Source of the DNA: an uncultured Lachnospiraceae bacterium
GTDB taxonomy: Bacteria > Bacillota > Clostridia > Lachnospirales > Lachnospiraceae
Assembly (NCBI GenBank): GCA_905235745.1
Contig: CAJOMN010000013.1
Span: 13,931-77,930, forward strand
DNA length: 64,000 nucleotides
Direction of reading: 5' to 3'
Shown: piece after piece, positions 8,638 through 18,224 of the stretch
Numbering within the stretch: position 1 is the stretch's first letter
Layout: every line of letters begins with the position of its first letter
Program-made: the position numbers and the translations under genes
Notes under the pieces: model-generated
What the model saw: the letters and a program-made list of their open reading frames with translations, nothing else
Told to the model about the DNA's origin: nothing
Database searches by the model: none

Positions 8638-8939
8638 ACTCGACCTCTCGGAAGAGTTATCTTCCTGTCTTCTGTGTTCTTGTTCTGACGAAACAGTACG
8701 ATCTTACGCCCGATAACATGTACAACAGTTGACCTTGTACGTTCGGCCAGAATCTGTGCCACATCCTTCGGATCTTCATCGCAGTTTTTCAGCACATTTA
8801 TCTTGATAAGCTCTCTCGCGGCAAGAGCCTCGCTGACCGCTTCGCACATCTGGGGTGTGACGCTGCTCTTTCCAATCTGGATCAAAGGTTCATATGTGCT
8901 CGATATGCTTTTTAAATAAGCTCGTTGTTTACTTGTCAC
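8634..8939 (-). CDS. yhbY: YhbY/CRM-domain RNA-binding protein
   Basis: MTSKQRAYLKSISSTYEPLIQIGKSSVTP...ELIKINVL matches the family. It has a 4-nt overlap with nadD. Confidence 0.85.
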   Translation of the reverse strand: MTSKQRAYLKSISSTYEPLIQIGKSSVTPQMCEAVSEALAARELIKINVLKNCDEDPKDVAQILAERTRSTVVHVIGRKIVLFRQNKNTEDRKITLPRGRV

Positions 8940-8951
8940 TACACTTGCTCC

Positions 8952-10232
8952 TTACGGTAGATATTCAAACTCCCATCCGTAGATCCTGACCGTATCGCCT
9001 TCCCTGATACCAAGCTCCTTCAGTTCATCAAGTATTCCGTTATCTTCCATGAATTTCTGGAAGAACGTGAATCCCTTTTCGGAATCAAGGTTCGTATAGC
9101 CAAGCATCTTTTCTATTTTGGGGCCTTCAACCACATATACGCTGTCTTTATCATCATAACAGACTTCATATGCCGTGTCCGTATCGGATCTTGCGGGCGT
9201 GTACTCGCTCTCATATACCAATGTCCCGGACTTGATGTCGGACAGCATCAGCCGTATCTGCCTGATAAGTTCGTCGATCCCCTCTCCGGTCGCTGCCGAC
9301 ATCGGAACGACCTTAACGCCCTGTGGCTCGAACTCCTTGCGGATAAGGGCGACAGGATCGCTTCCGGGCGCGGCGGCATCCATCTTGTTGGCCGCTATTA
9401 TCCACGGCCGCTGCGGCAGGGTCTCGTCATATGCTTCAAGCTCCCTGTTGATCGCATATATATCTTCTACCGGATCTCGTCCTTCGGAACCGGACGCGTC
9501 AACGACATGCACGAGCATTCTTGTCCGTTCTATATGCCGCAGAAAATCATGTCCCAAGCCTACTCCGTCCGATGCGCCTTCGATCAGTCCCGGAATATCT
9601 GCCATTACAAACCCCTGTCCGCCGTCAAGATCGACGACGCCCAGATGCGGGCTGATAGTAGTAAACGGATAATTGGCAATCTCCGGTCTGGCGTTTGATA
9701 CAACAGACAATATTGTTGATTTTCCAACATTCGGGTATCCGACAAGACCGACATCGGCAATGACTTTGAGTTCAAGGTCAACGGTAAGCTCCATCGCGCT
9801 CTGACCGGGCTGCGCATACTTCGGAGCCTGCATTTTCGGAGTGGCATAGTGCTGGTTGCCGTTGCCGCCAAGTCCACCTTTTAACAGGACGACTCTCCGG
9901 TTCTCCCCCGACATATCGACTATGACTTTACCGCTGTCGGCTTCTTTGATGACGGTACCGGCAGGTACTTTTAATACTATATCATTACCGCTCTTGCCCT
10001 TGCAGTTGCGTTTTCCGCCGTTCTCGCCGTCGCCGGCGCAGTATTTCCTGACATGGCGGTAATTCGTAAGCATGTTCATTCCGTCGTCCACTTCAAAGAT
10101 AACGTCTCCGCCGCGTCCGCCGTCGCCGCCGTCAGGGCCGCCGTTTGCAACATATTTTTCACGACGAAAAGAGACGTGACCGTCTCCTCCCTTGCCGCTT
10201 CTTATGTATATTCTCGCTCTGTCTGCAAACAT
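8952..10232 (-). CDS. obg: GTPase Obg/CgtA
   Basis: The Obg fold starts at MFADRARIYIRSGKGGDGHVSFRREKY, so the start is taken at the internal ATG (10232) rather than the track start at 10250. G1 is GYPNVGKST, G3 is DIPGLIEGA, G4 is ANKMD, and a C-terminal OCT/TGS-like domain is present. Confidence 0.93.
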   Translation of the reverse strand: MFADRARIYIRSGKGGDGHVSFRREKYVANGGPDGGDGGRGGDVIFEVDDGMNMLTNYRHVRKYCAGDGENGGKRNCKGKSGNDIVLKVPAGTVIKEADSGKVIVDMSGENRRVVLLKGGLGGNGNQHYATPKMQAPKYAQPGQSAMELTVDLELKVIADVGLVGYPNVGKSTILSVVSNARPEIANYPFTTISPHLGVVDLDGGQGFVMADIPGLIEGASDGVGLGHDFLRHIERTRMLVHVVDASGSEGRDPVEDIYAINRELEAYDETLPQRPWIIAANKMDAAAPGSDPVALIRKEFEPQGVKVVPMSAATGEGIDELIRQIRLMLSDIKSGTLVYESEYTPARSDTDTAYEVCYDDKDSVYVVEGPKIEKMLGYTNLDSEKGFTFFQKFMEDNGILDELKELGIREGDTVRIYGWEFEYLP

Positions 10233-10284
10233 AATAATAGATATTAACAAAGGGTCTTAAAGTTGAACTTTAAGACCCTGATAA

Positions 10285-10569
10285 TCACTTTTCAACCGGA
10301 TATACGGAAGCCTGCTTCCTGTCTCTGCCTTTTCTCTCAAACCTGAGAACTCCGTCAACAGTTGCAAACAATGTATCATCTCCGCCGCGTCCTACGTTAA
10401 CGCCCGGATGGATCCTCGTTCCGCGTTGTCTGTATATTATATTTCCGGCCTTAACGAACTGTCCGTCAGCTCTCTTGGCCCCGAGTCTCTTGGATTCCGA
10501 ATCTCTTCCGTTCTTGGTGGAACCCATTCCCTTTTTATGGGCAAATAACTGAAGGTTTAACTGTACCAT
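10285..10569 (-). CDS. rpmA: 50S ribosomal protein L27 with an N-terminal propeptide
   Basis: [24 protein letters not shown]: the Firmicute-type 9-aa extension precedes the conserved AHKK start. Confidence 0.95.
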   Translation of the reverse strand: MVQLNLQLFAHKKGMGSTKNGRDSESKRLGAKRADGQFVKAGNIIYRQRGTRIHPGVNVGRGGDDTLFATVDGVLRFERKGRDRKQASVYPVEK

Positions 10570-10572
10570 GTT

Positions 10573-10893
10573 CTACACCTCCTTTATTACCAGTGTAAGA
10601 TATTTACTGTTGTAATCATTTTCTATGGACCGAAGTCCCAGTATCATCGAATCCATCAGCAGCGTTGCGTCTCTTTCGGAACATCCGTCAAATGTCCATG
10701 ACAATAATCCGTCATTTTCACTGATATTTATTGAAGTTCCGGTCAGAGCCATGATCGAATTGGCCGTATTGATCGTCAGCATTGAAACCGCCGCACATAC
10801 AATATCCCTGCCTTTTCTCGAAAATCCCGCATGTCCTTTGCATTCAAAAGACACATAACCGGATGGATTCTTCAGAACAGTTGCAGTAATCAT
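10573..10893 (-). CDS. prp: Ribosomal-processing cysteine protease Prp (YsxB family)
   Basis: A 106-aa ORF between rplU and rpmA, with GHAG...DIVCAAVS (catalytic His/Cys region). Confidence 0.85.
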   Translation of the reverse strand: MITATVLKNPSGYVSFECKGHAGFSRKGRDIVCAAVSMLTINTANSIMALTGTSINISENDGLLSWTFDGCSERDATLLMDSMILGLRSIENDYNSKYLTLVIKEV

Positions 10894-10913
10894 GAATTAC
10901 TACCTACATAAAC

Positions 10914-11219
10914 TTATGCGTTGATCTTGTCGATCTTAACCTTTGTGTATGCTTGTCTGTGACCGTTCTTCTTATGATAGCCGCTCTTTCTCTTATAACG
11001 GTATACAATGACTTTCCTGCCTCTGCCGTTCTCGACTACTGTTGCCGAAACGGATGCATCCTTAACGTCATCGCCGACCTTGAGATCATCGCCGCCAATT
11101 GCAAGAACTTCATCAAACTTAACAGTATCTCCGGCTTCTGCATTAAGCTTTTCAACACTAATAGTGTCGCCTTCGGAAACCTTATACTGTTTTCCGCCGG
11201 TTGCAATAATAGCGTACAT
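10914..11219 (-). CDS. rplU: 50S ribosomal protein L21
   Basis: [18 protein letters not shown]...[11 protein letters not shown]. Confidence 0.95.
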   Translation of the reverse strand: MYAIIATGGKQYKVSEGDTISVEKLNAEAGDTVKFDEVLAIGGDDLKVGDDVKDASVSATVVENGRGRKVIVYRYKRKSGYHKKNGHRQAYTKVKIDKINA

Positions 11220-11298
11220 ATCGCACCTCCTATATCCATTACTCGCTAGCTTCGGTGGGGAACAGCGTTCCCTCTTATGACCCCACTATGCGGCATAC
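11220..11298 (-). promoter_or_regulatory. Structured 5' leader of rplU-prp-rpmA (possible L21-leader-type ribosomal autoregulatory element)
   Basis: The ~80-nt leader between the predicted TSS and the ATG contains GTGGGG...GGGAAC-GCT-GTTCCCCAC alternative helices. Ribosomal L21 leaders are known in Firmicutes, but the identity here was not verified by a covariance model. Confidence 0.35.
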
Positions 11299-11304
11299 CC
11301 AAGA

Positions 11305-11333
11305 AATATAGCATCAAACCGCAGTAATGTCAA
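11305..11333 (-). promoter_or_regulatory. Sigma-A promoter of the rplU operon (TTGACA-N17-TATATT)
   Basis: On the minus strand, TTGACA is at 11333-11328 and TATATT at 11310-11305, immediately after the alr stop codon. Confidence 0.65.
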
Positions 11334-11339
11334 GCATCT

Positions 11340-12509
11340 TTACAATCTGAGCATGACTTCGCTGTATACGACATTACCGTCGGACATATATATACGGTGA
11401 ACGCGTTTGCTGACCGCGCATACGATCTCATACGGTATCGTGCCCGCCATCTTCGCCATCTCCTCTATGGGATTATCCGGCCCGAATATCTCAACAACGT
11501 CTCCGACACCGACTCCGGGCTTGCCGGTCAGATCTATCATGCTCATATCCATGCATATCCTGCCCCTGACCGGAGCGGCACCTTCAGATGTCATGACACT
11601 GTATCTGTTGGAAAGGCACCGGAAAAATCCGTCCGCATAACCGTATGGTATAACGCCTATCCTGGCTGTCTCGTCTGTCGTATATGTCAGACCGTAGCTG
11701 ATCTTAGTGTCCGCAGGATATATCTTGATGGTGCTGACCGTCGTTTTCATTGTCATGACCGGCCTTAGCCCGAGCGCCTTTGCATGCTCTCCGTAACCGT
11801 ACAGAAGAATGCCGGGACGCACCATATCAAGATGTGTCTGCGGATAATTAACGGTTGCCCCCGTATTGGCACAGTGCCGGAGCCGGAAATTACAGCCGCG
11901 CTCCCTTTCAACCGCATCCGCCACATCATTAAACAGCTTGAACTGATGCTCGGTATAGCGGCTGCACTCTTCGCCATCCTCATCCGAGACCGCAAAATGC
12001 GTAAAGATACCTTCCGCATCAAGGCCCGGCATATTACAGGCATCGACTATACCCCTGATACCGTGCTCGAAATAATCACCCTCGCATATATACCCGAGTC
12101 TTGACATTCCCGTATCGACCTTGATATGTACCTTGAGCGTACCGCCGTATTCTACTGCCGCGCTGCTGTATTCTCTTGCCTTTGCCTCACACGTAACAGC
12201 CTGCGTTATATTGAAGCATATCAGTCTGTCAACCTGCTCCATGGGAGTATGCCCGAGTATCAGAACCGGCATCGTAATGCCGTTATACCGCAGCTCCATT
12301 GCTTCGTCTATGCTCGATACGGCAAGGTAATCGGCTCCGAGCTCCTGAAGGGTGCGTGCGATCATCACGGCACCGTGGCCGTATGCGTCGGCCTTGACCA
12401 CGCCCATAAACTTAACATCGCCTCCCGTAAGCTCTCTTATCTTATTGTAGTTATACGATAGTGCGGACAGATCTATCTCGGCCCATGTACGTCTTAATGT
12501 TGATTTCAT
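11340..12509 (-). CDS. alr: Alanine racemase
   Basis: PLP-lysine motif GVVKADAYGHGA. Length 389 aa. The C-terminal beta-domain contains YGYADG. Confidence 0.92.
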   Translation of the reverse strand: MKSTLRRTWAEIDLSALSYNYNKIRELTGGDVKFMGVVKADAYGHGAVMIARTLQELGADYLAVSSIDEAMELRYNGITMPVLILGHTPMEQVDRLICFNITQAVTCEAKAREYSSAAVEYGGTLKVHIKVDTGMSRLGYICEGDYFEHGIRGIVDACNMPGLDAEGIFTHFAVSDEDGEECSRYTEHQFKLFNDVADAVERERGCNFRLRHCANTGATVNYPQTHLDMVRPGILLYGYGEHAKALGLRPVMTMKTTVSTIKIYPADTKISYGLTYTTDETARIGVIPYGYADGFFRCLSNRYSVMTSEGAAPVRGRICMDMSMIDLTGKPGVGVGDVVEIFGPDNPIEEMAKMAGTIPYEIVCAVSKRVHRIYMSDGNVVYSEVMLRL

Positions 12510-14572
12510 TTGGATTTGCCTCTTTTACTTCCTTTAGCACCTTTGCCGGCGTTACCGCTCTTATAATACTGCGCTGAGGCGGCGAACATCCTGCGAAGCT
12601 CCGACTGGTTATCAAGACTCCGGACGTAGTTCGTCCTTCTCGCAACGTAGTCGTTAAGCTTTGTCATATAATCATCGGCCGGAAGTTCCCCGGCGGCAAC
12701 CATTGTCAGTCCCTTTTCCCAGCTTGCCGTAAGCTTCGGATCAAGGAGCGGCCTTATGGAAAAATCAACCGCATCATATACCATCTCACCGAGCTGCGTT
12801 GGAGTGATAACCTGTGTCTTTTTGTTCATTTGAAGATATCTTATCTTTTCAAGCTTTTCAAGTATACCGGCTCTTGTGGCGCTTGTCCCGATGCCGCTTC
12901 CCTTTATCTGGGCGCGAAGCTCCTCATCTTCTATCATCTGCCCCGCATTTTCCATGGCGAGCATCATTGTTCCTGATGTATACCGTTTCGGCGGGCTTGT
13001 CTCGCCCTCCTTGACGGACAATCCGTTAACGTTTATCTTCTCACCGGTCTTCAGTTTCCTGATCCTGGCCAGAAGATCATCATCGACCGGAATATTCTCC
13101 TCATCGGTATCTTCGCCCTCCGCCTTCTCATCTTTTGCCGGCTTGTCTTTCCAGTAGGACGGTCTGTTCATTGCAAGGAAGCCTTCACGCTCGATCACCT
13201 TAAAGCCCGCGAAAAAGCTCTCCCCGGCGATATCTAACGTCAGTCTGACATTCTGATAGACTGCCGCTGGATAAAAGATCGCAAGGAAACGCCTTACTAT
13301 CAGTTCATATATCTTCGCCGATCTGTCCGAGAGCGATCCGAGCGCCTCGAATCCCTGCCCGGTCGGTATGATCGCGTAATGATCCTCTATCATCTTGTCA
13401 TTGACGTATCTTGTCTTCGCGATCCCGGCATATGACCCGTCCTCAAGTATATGCTTTGCTATATCCGATACCGGAGCGTATCTTACAAGCCCCGATATAT
13501 TCTTCGAGATCTCCTTTGCCACAGCCGTTGACAGCACTCTTGCATTTGTCCTCGGATATGTCGTCAGCTTTTTCTCGTACAGTTCCTGCGCAACGTTTAA
13601 CGTATCCGCTGGACTGATCTTGAAGAACTTGGAACAGTCCGCGGAAAGCTCCGTAAGATTATACAGGTACGGGGGATTCTTCGTCTCTTTCTTCTTCTCG
13701 ATGGCGCTTACGGTACCTTCGCCCTGTGCGCGGGATATGATATCTGCGACAAAATCATCCGCATCTTCCCTTTTCAGGAAGCCACCTTCCTTGTAGAGCG
13801 CAGGGGACATATAGAACCGGCTTCCGGGAGCTGCCTTCCACGCCGCATCTATTGTCGCTCCGGCGACTTCGCAGCCGGCGATCACACGGTAAAAAGGCGT
13901 CTTAACAAATGACCTTATCTCTCTCTCCCTTCGGACGACCATTCCGAGAACGCATGTCATGACACGGCCTACGGCAACAACGCAGTACTTTTCACCGAGG
14001 AAACCTGCCATGGAATCCCCGTATTTAAGCGTAAGCGCCCTTGAGAAGTTGATACCCATAAGGTAATCCTCCTTGGCGCGAAGATAAGCGCTGTCGGCGA
14101 TACTGTCATATTCGCTTATGTCTTTGGCATCCCTGATCCCGCCTCTTATCGCTTCTTCCGTCTGGGAATCTATCCATACGCGTTTTTCTGTCTTGCCGGT
14201 AACATTCGCTTCACTCGCAACGAGCCGGTATATGTACTCTCCCTCTCTTCCCGAATCGGTACATACATATATCGTTTCAACGTCACTGCGGTTTAGTATT
14301 CCGCTTACGATCCTAAACTGCTTTTCGGATGATTTTATAACTTCATATTTGTACTCTTTAGGCAAAAAAGGAAGTGTAGCAAAGCTCCACTTCTTGTATA
14401 TGCTGTCATATGCTTCGGGATAACTCATTGTTATCAGATGCCCGACACACCATGTGATTATGCAGTTTTCGGATTCCATATACCCGTCATATGACCTGCA
14501 TGACAGATTCAATGCTTCGGCAAACTGACGGGCAACGCTTGGTTTCTCCGCGATAAATACACTCTTACTCAT
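12506..14572 (-). CDS. topB: DNA topoisomerase III
   Basis: A Toprim N-terminus ([27 protein letters not shown]), the catalytic-Tyr region [21 protein letters not shown], and a Lys-rich tail. It has 4-nt overlaps with both neighbours. Confidence 0.88.
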   Translation of the reverse strand: MSKSVFIAEKPSVARQFAEALNLSCRSYDGYMESENCIITWCVGHLITMSYPEAYDSIYKKWSFATLPFLPKEYKYEVIKSSEKQFRIVSGILNRSDVETIYVCTDSGREGEYIYRLVASEANVTGKTEKRVWIDSQTEEAIRGGIRDAKDISEYDSIADSAYLRAKEDYLMGINFSRALTLKYGDSMAGFLGEKYCVVAVGRVMTCVLGMVVRREREIRSFVKTPFYRVIAGCEVAGATIDAAWKAAPGSRFYMSPALYKEGGFLKREDADDFVADIISRAQGEGTVSAIEKKKETKNPPYLYNLTELSADCSKFFKISPADTLNVAQELYEKKLTTYPRTNARVLSTAVAKEISKNISGLVRYAPVSDIAKHILEDGSYAGIAKTRYVNDKMIEDHYAIIPTGQGFEALGSLSDRSAKIYELIVRRFLAIFYPAAVYQNVRLTLDIAGESFFAGFKVIEREGFLAMNRPSYWKDKPAKDEKAEGEDTDEENIPVDDDLLARIRKLKTGEKINVNGLSVKEGETSPPKRYTSGTMMLAMENAGQMIEDEELRAQIKGSGIGTSATRAGILEKLEKIRYLQMNKKTQVITPTQLGEMVYDAVDFSIRPLLDPKLTASWEKGLTMVAAGELPADDYMTKLNDYVARRTNYVRSLDNQSELRRMFAASAQYYKSGNAGKGAKGSKRGKSK

Positions 14573-15327
14573 ATCATCTTATCAAGGAATGCCTTGAGAC
14601 GTTCGTTTTGGGGATTGTCGAAAAATCCTACCGGATCGTTCTCTTCCAGTATCTGTCTGTCTGCCATGAACAATATACGGTTGGCTACCTCCCTCGCAAA
14701 AGCCATTTCATGCGTGACAACGATCATCGTCATCTTGTCCTGCGCAAGCTCGCGCATAACCTCGAGAACCTCTCCGACCATCTCGGGATCGAGCGCGCTC
14801 GTGGGTTCGTCAAAGAGCATTACATCAGGCTCCATGCACAGCGATCTGGCGATGGCAATACGCTGTTTCTGACCGCCGGATAACTGGTTGGGATATGATT
14901 TTGCACGGTCTTCAAGCTTTACCCGCTTTAACAGCTTCATGGCCCGCTCTTCGGCCTCTTCCCTCGAAATACCCTGAAGCTTGACGGGACCTATCGTAAG
15001 ATTGGTCATTACATTCAGATGCGGGAACAGGTTGAACTGCTGGAATACCATTCCCATCTTCTGCCTGTGACGGTCAATGTCGATCTTGTCGTCGCATATA
15101 TTGTCGCCTTCAAATATGATCTCGCCGCTCGTCGGCCTCTCCAGACGGTTGAGACACCGAAGGAACGTACTCTTGCCTGCTCCGGAAGGACCTACGATAA
15201 ATGCAACGTCACCCTGATAAAACTCAGTATTGATATCAGTCAGGACTGTTTCATGCTGACCGTTTCCGCTATTAAATTCTTTGCATAAATGCCTGACAAC
15301 TATTAAAGGCGTGCGTTCAGTGGTCAC
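14569..15327 (-). CDS. Polar amino-acid ABC transporter, ATP-binding protein
   Basis: Walker [10 protein letters not shown], signature LSGGQKQR, Walker [12 protein letters not shown]. The start is placed at the GTG at 15327, which overlaps the permease stop by 11 nt. The track ATG at 15381 would overlap the permease gene by 65 nt. Confidence 0.88.
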   Translation of the reverse strand: MTTERTPLIVVRHLCKEFNSGNGQHETVLTDINTEFYQGDVAFIVGPSGAGKSTFLRCLNRLERPTSGEIIFEGDNICDDKIDIDRHRQKMGMVFQQFNLFPHLNVMTNLTIGPVKLQGISREEAEERAMKLLKRVKLEDRAKSYPNQLSGGQKQRIAIARSLCMEPDVMLFDEPTSALDPEMVGEVLEVMRELAQDKMTMIVVTHEMAFAREVANRILFMADRQILEENDPVGFFDNPQNERLKAFLDKMI

Positions 15328-16003
15328 TGTTCTTGAGCTTCCTTTCGAGTTTCTTGATAAGGCTGTCAAAGAGCAATACAAAGATCAGATAGATCGCGGC
15401 AGCCATTAGAAGCGGCATAAATGCCGAATATGTCTGACTCCTGATAATATCCGCTCCTCTTGTAAGGTCATCCATCGCGATATATCCGGCAACGGAAGTC
15501 TCCTTGAGGAGAACTATCATCTCATTGCCGAGCGCGGGAAGAACATTTTTGATCGCCTGTGGAAGGATAAAATAGAACATTGTCTGCGTATATGAAAATC
15601 CCAGGCTTGAACCGGCTTCGTACTGCCCGTCGTCTATCGACATCAGTCCGGCACGGATTATCTCCGCAACATATGCGCCGGAATTGAGTCCGAACGCTAT
15701 GAAAGCAACCATGATCTTCGGAACGTTAACGGAAGCGAATATGACAAAATATACTATCAACAGCTGTAATACAACAGGTGTTCCGCGTATTACCGTGATA
15801 TATACATGGGCAAATATGTTAGCCACCTTCCAATGTCCGGTCTTATCGTGGGTGGTCCTGATATACGCCAGCAGAAAGCCGATAATAATACCCACCACGA
15901 CCGCAACGATCGTGATGAGTAATGTATTTCCGAGTCCCCTGACAAGGTACATATACCTGTCGTCTTTGATGAAGTTAAGATAAAAGCTCTCCCGGAATCC
16001 CAT
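15317..16003 (-). CDS. Polar amino-acid ABC transporter permease
   Basis: Five TM segments and an EAA-type loop ([17 protein letters not shown]), as in the HisM/GlnP family. Confidence 0.88.
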   Translation of the reverse strand: MGFRESFYLNFIKDDRYMYLVRGLGNTLLITIVAVVVGIIIGFLLAYIRTTHDKTGHWKVANIFAHVYITVIRGTPVVLQLLIVYFVIFASVNVPKIMVAFIAFGLNSGAYVAEIIRAGLMSIDDGQYEAGSSLGFSYTQTMFYFILPQAIKNVLPALGNEMIVLLKETSVAGYIAMDDLTRGADIIRSQTYSAFMPLLMAAAIYLIFVLLFDSLIKKLERKLKNSDH

Positions 16004-16005
16004 AA

Positions 16006-16740
16006 TTATTCGGCTGTGATATATTTACCTATGATCTCGTCTATCTTGCCCGAATCCTTGAGCTTTTTGAGCGACGCATTGATATTGTCGAGAAGCTCTG
16101 TATTTTCCTTGGCAACACCGATCGCATATTCTTCAACTGTAAACTCCTCGTCGATCATCACAAGATCAGGATTCTCGCCGACAAATACCTTGCCGGGCTC
16201 CCTGTCGACTATTACTGCGTCGATCTTGTCCTGGTTAAGTGCATTGATCGCCTCAAAGTATTTGGAATAACGCTCTATATTTGCGTTTTCTATATCTTCC
16301 GCATAGATATCACCGGTAGTACCGATCTGCACGCCGATAGTAAGACCTGCAAGGTCGTCGGGCGACTGTACGCTTGAAGTATTCTTGACAAGAATGACCT
16401 GGGCAGCCGTTGTGTACGGATCGGAGAAATTGATGTTCTCCTTGCGGTCTTCCGTAACCGTCATTCCGGCCATCGCGATATCTGCCTTTCCGGACTGGAC
16501 TGCGGCAATTATCGAATCAAAAGCCATATCTTCGATAACAAGCTCCAGACCAAGATCATCCGCGATAAGCTGTGCTATCTCGGGATCGATACCGATAACC
16601 TTGTCGCCTTCAACCGATTCATAAGGAGGAAAGGCGGCGTTTGTAGCCATAACAAGCTTTCCCGAACCGGAACCGTTGGAACATGCGCCAAGACATATTG
16701 CGGCACATAATGACATTAATACGATGATTGATCTTTTCAT
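16006..16740 (-). CDS. Polar amino-acid ABC transporter substrate-binding lipoprotein
   Basis: Signal peptide with lipobox (MSLCAAICLGACSNGS) and family-3 SBP strings (FPPYE, GKADIAMAGMTVTEDR). Confidence 0.88.
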   Translation of the reverse strand: MKRSIIVLMSLCAAICLGACSNGSGSGKLVMATNAAFPPYESVEGDKVIGIDPEIAQLIADDLGLELVIEDMAFDSIIAAVQSGKADIAMAGMTVTEDRKENINFSDPYTTAAQVILVKNTSSVQSPDDLAGLTIGVQIGTTGDIYAEDIENANIERYSKYFEAINALNQDKIDAVIVDREPGKVFVGENPDLVMIDEEFTVEEYAIGVAKENTELLDNINASLKKLKDSGKIDEIIGKYITAE

Positions 16741-16841
16741 AACTTACCTCCGTTTTCATATATATCTTCAACATTTAGTGAACATATTATAATAAACGCA
16801 TTATACTCATTCATATAATTTAACATCATACATTAAGCGTG

Positions 16842-18209
16842 TCAACGCGGCGTTTCATCAGAAAGGGCGAGAAGCTTTACTCCCGGATCGGATGCGGCAC
16901 ATGATACGAGCTTATCATCAAACCCGCTTTCCGAAAACAGCCAGATGTTTTCGCACATCAGTTTATTGCGGCGTATTGATTCCCTTACTCTTTCGAGCTG
17001 CTCATATTTCATGGCGGAATGCTTGTAATTACATGCACATGCTATGATGCTGACACCCTTTACGATGATCACAAAATCAACAGCTTCGGATTTGTCGAAA
17101 TACTCTTCTACCGAATCGACGATGAAATTCAAGCGCCCTTTCCGCTGAAGACCGACTATATATTCCATGCACAGCCGTGGATATATGCCTTCAATATGAG
17201 CGGACAGTTCGTTCTCGATGAACCTTTTGTAGAATCTGTCCTCACCGTATACCCTAAGCGATGACAGACGCGGGAACACATACCTGTAATAGAATCTGAC
17301 CGTATTATCCTTTATCCGGTATGTGCCTTTCTTCACGCAGTTAATGTCTCCCACCGTGGCACCCTTCAGCTTCTCTATTATGTCATTGTTCTCGAGCGTC
17401 TTGAGATATACCGATAACTTGCCGCGGTCCATATTCATGGAAGTATGCAGATCATTGAGCTTGCCGCTTCCAGACGCGATATTGACGAGCAAGGTATTGT
17501 ATATGACTGGATCCCTTATGTCGCGTGGAAGGTATATGTCAGACCCTGCTTCCATATCATTCCATTTAGCGAGCCACCTCCTGATAACCGCCGCAGCATC
17601 CGTATCATCGCCGATATCGTTATAATACAGACTGTTTCCTCCGAGAACAGAATATATCCTGATCTTCTCGTCAAGCGCCATATCAGCAAAACAATCACCG
17701 AATTCAGCAAACGAAAACCCCTTTATCTTGTTGACGGCGGATATTTCGGATGATTTGGAACCAATCAGACCTATCATGTCGGTCTCAACCCATTTAACAT
17801 CATCCGTGACCAGCAGGAACATGACGGAGCCTGCCTCAAAATGCTCAAAAAGCATATCGGACAGGAAATTGATAAACGTTGGATTGGAACGGATGATATA
17901 TTGAAAATCATCGAGAACGATCACTTTCTTGTAGGTGTGGTTATTGACAAAAAAATCAAGAAGCCTTTTGTTATTATCATCCGGAAAGATTGGGACTTTT
18001 GTCTGTTCGTGAAGCTCGAATATGAACTGTTCAAGCTGGCTCTTATGCGTAAGCGGGGTGGATCTGTAATACAGGCTCTCCTTATCCCTCGCAAAATCCC
18101 TGACAAGCTCGGATACTCCGACACTAACCCTGCCGTATATTACGGCAATGTCGTTCGACGGTCTGTCATATAGATCCTGTAAGAATTGTAAATCACTCTT
18201 GCGATACAT
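16842..18209 (-). CDS. ATPase-like protein (archaeal-ATPase N-domain plus DUF234-like C-domain) with a degenerate P-loop
   Basis: The N-terminus FLQDLYDRPSNDIAVIYGRVSVGVSELV aligns with the IYGRRRxGKT(S/T)L Walker A of this family, but the Lys is replaced. The Walker-B-like string VIVLDDFQ is kept. The C-terminal segment (VDFVIIVKGVSIIACACNYKH) resembles DUF234. Confidence 0.55.
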   Translation of the reverse strand: MYRKSDLQFLQDLYDRPSNDIAVIYGRVSVGVSELVRDFARDKESLYYRSTPLTHKSQLEQFIFELHEQTKVPIFPDDNNKRLLDFFVNNHTYKKVIVLDDFQYIIRSNPTFINFLSDMLFEHFEAGSVMFLLVTDDVKWVETDMIGLIGSKSSEISAVNKIKGFSFAEFGDCFADMALDEKIRIYSVLGGNSLYYNDIGDDTDAAAVIRRWLAKWNDMEAGSDIYLPRDIRDPVIYNTLLVNIASGSGKLNDLHTSMNMDRGKLSVYLKTLENNDIIEKLKGATVGDINCVKKGTYRIKDNTVRFYYRYVFPRLSSLRVYGEDRFYKRFIENELSAHIEGIYPRLCMEYIVGLQRKGRLNFIVDSVEEYFDKSEAVDFVIIVKGVSIIACACNYKHSAMKYEQLERVRESIRRNKLMCENIWLFSESGFDDKLVSCAASDPGVKLLALSDETPR

Positions 18210-18224
18210 GAAAATCCTGTACGG

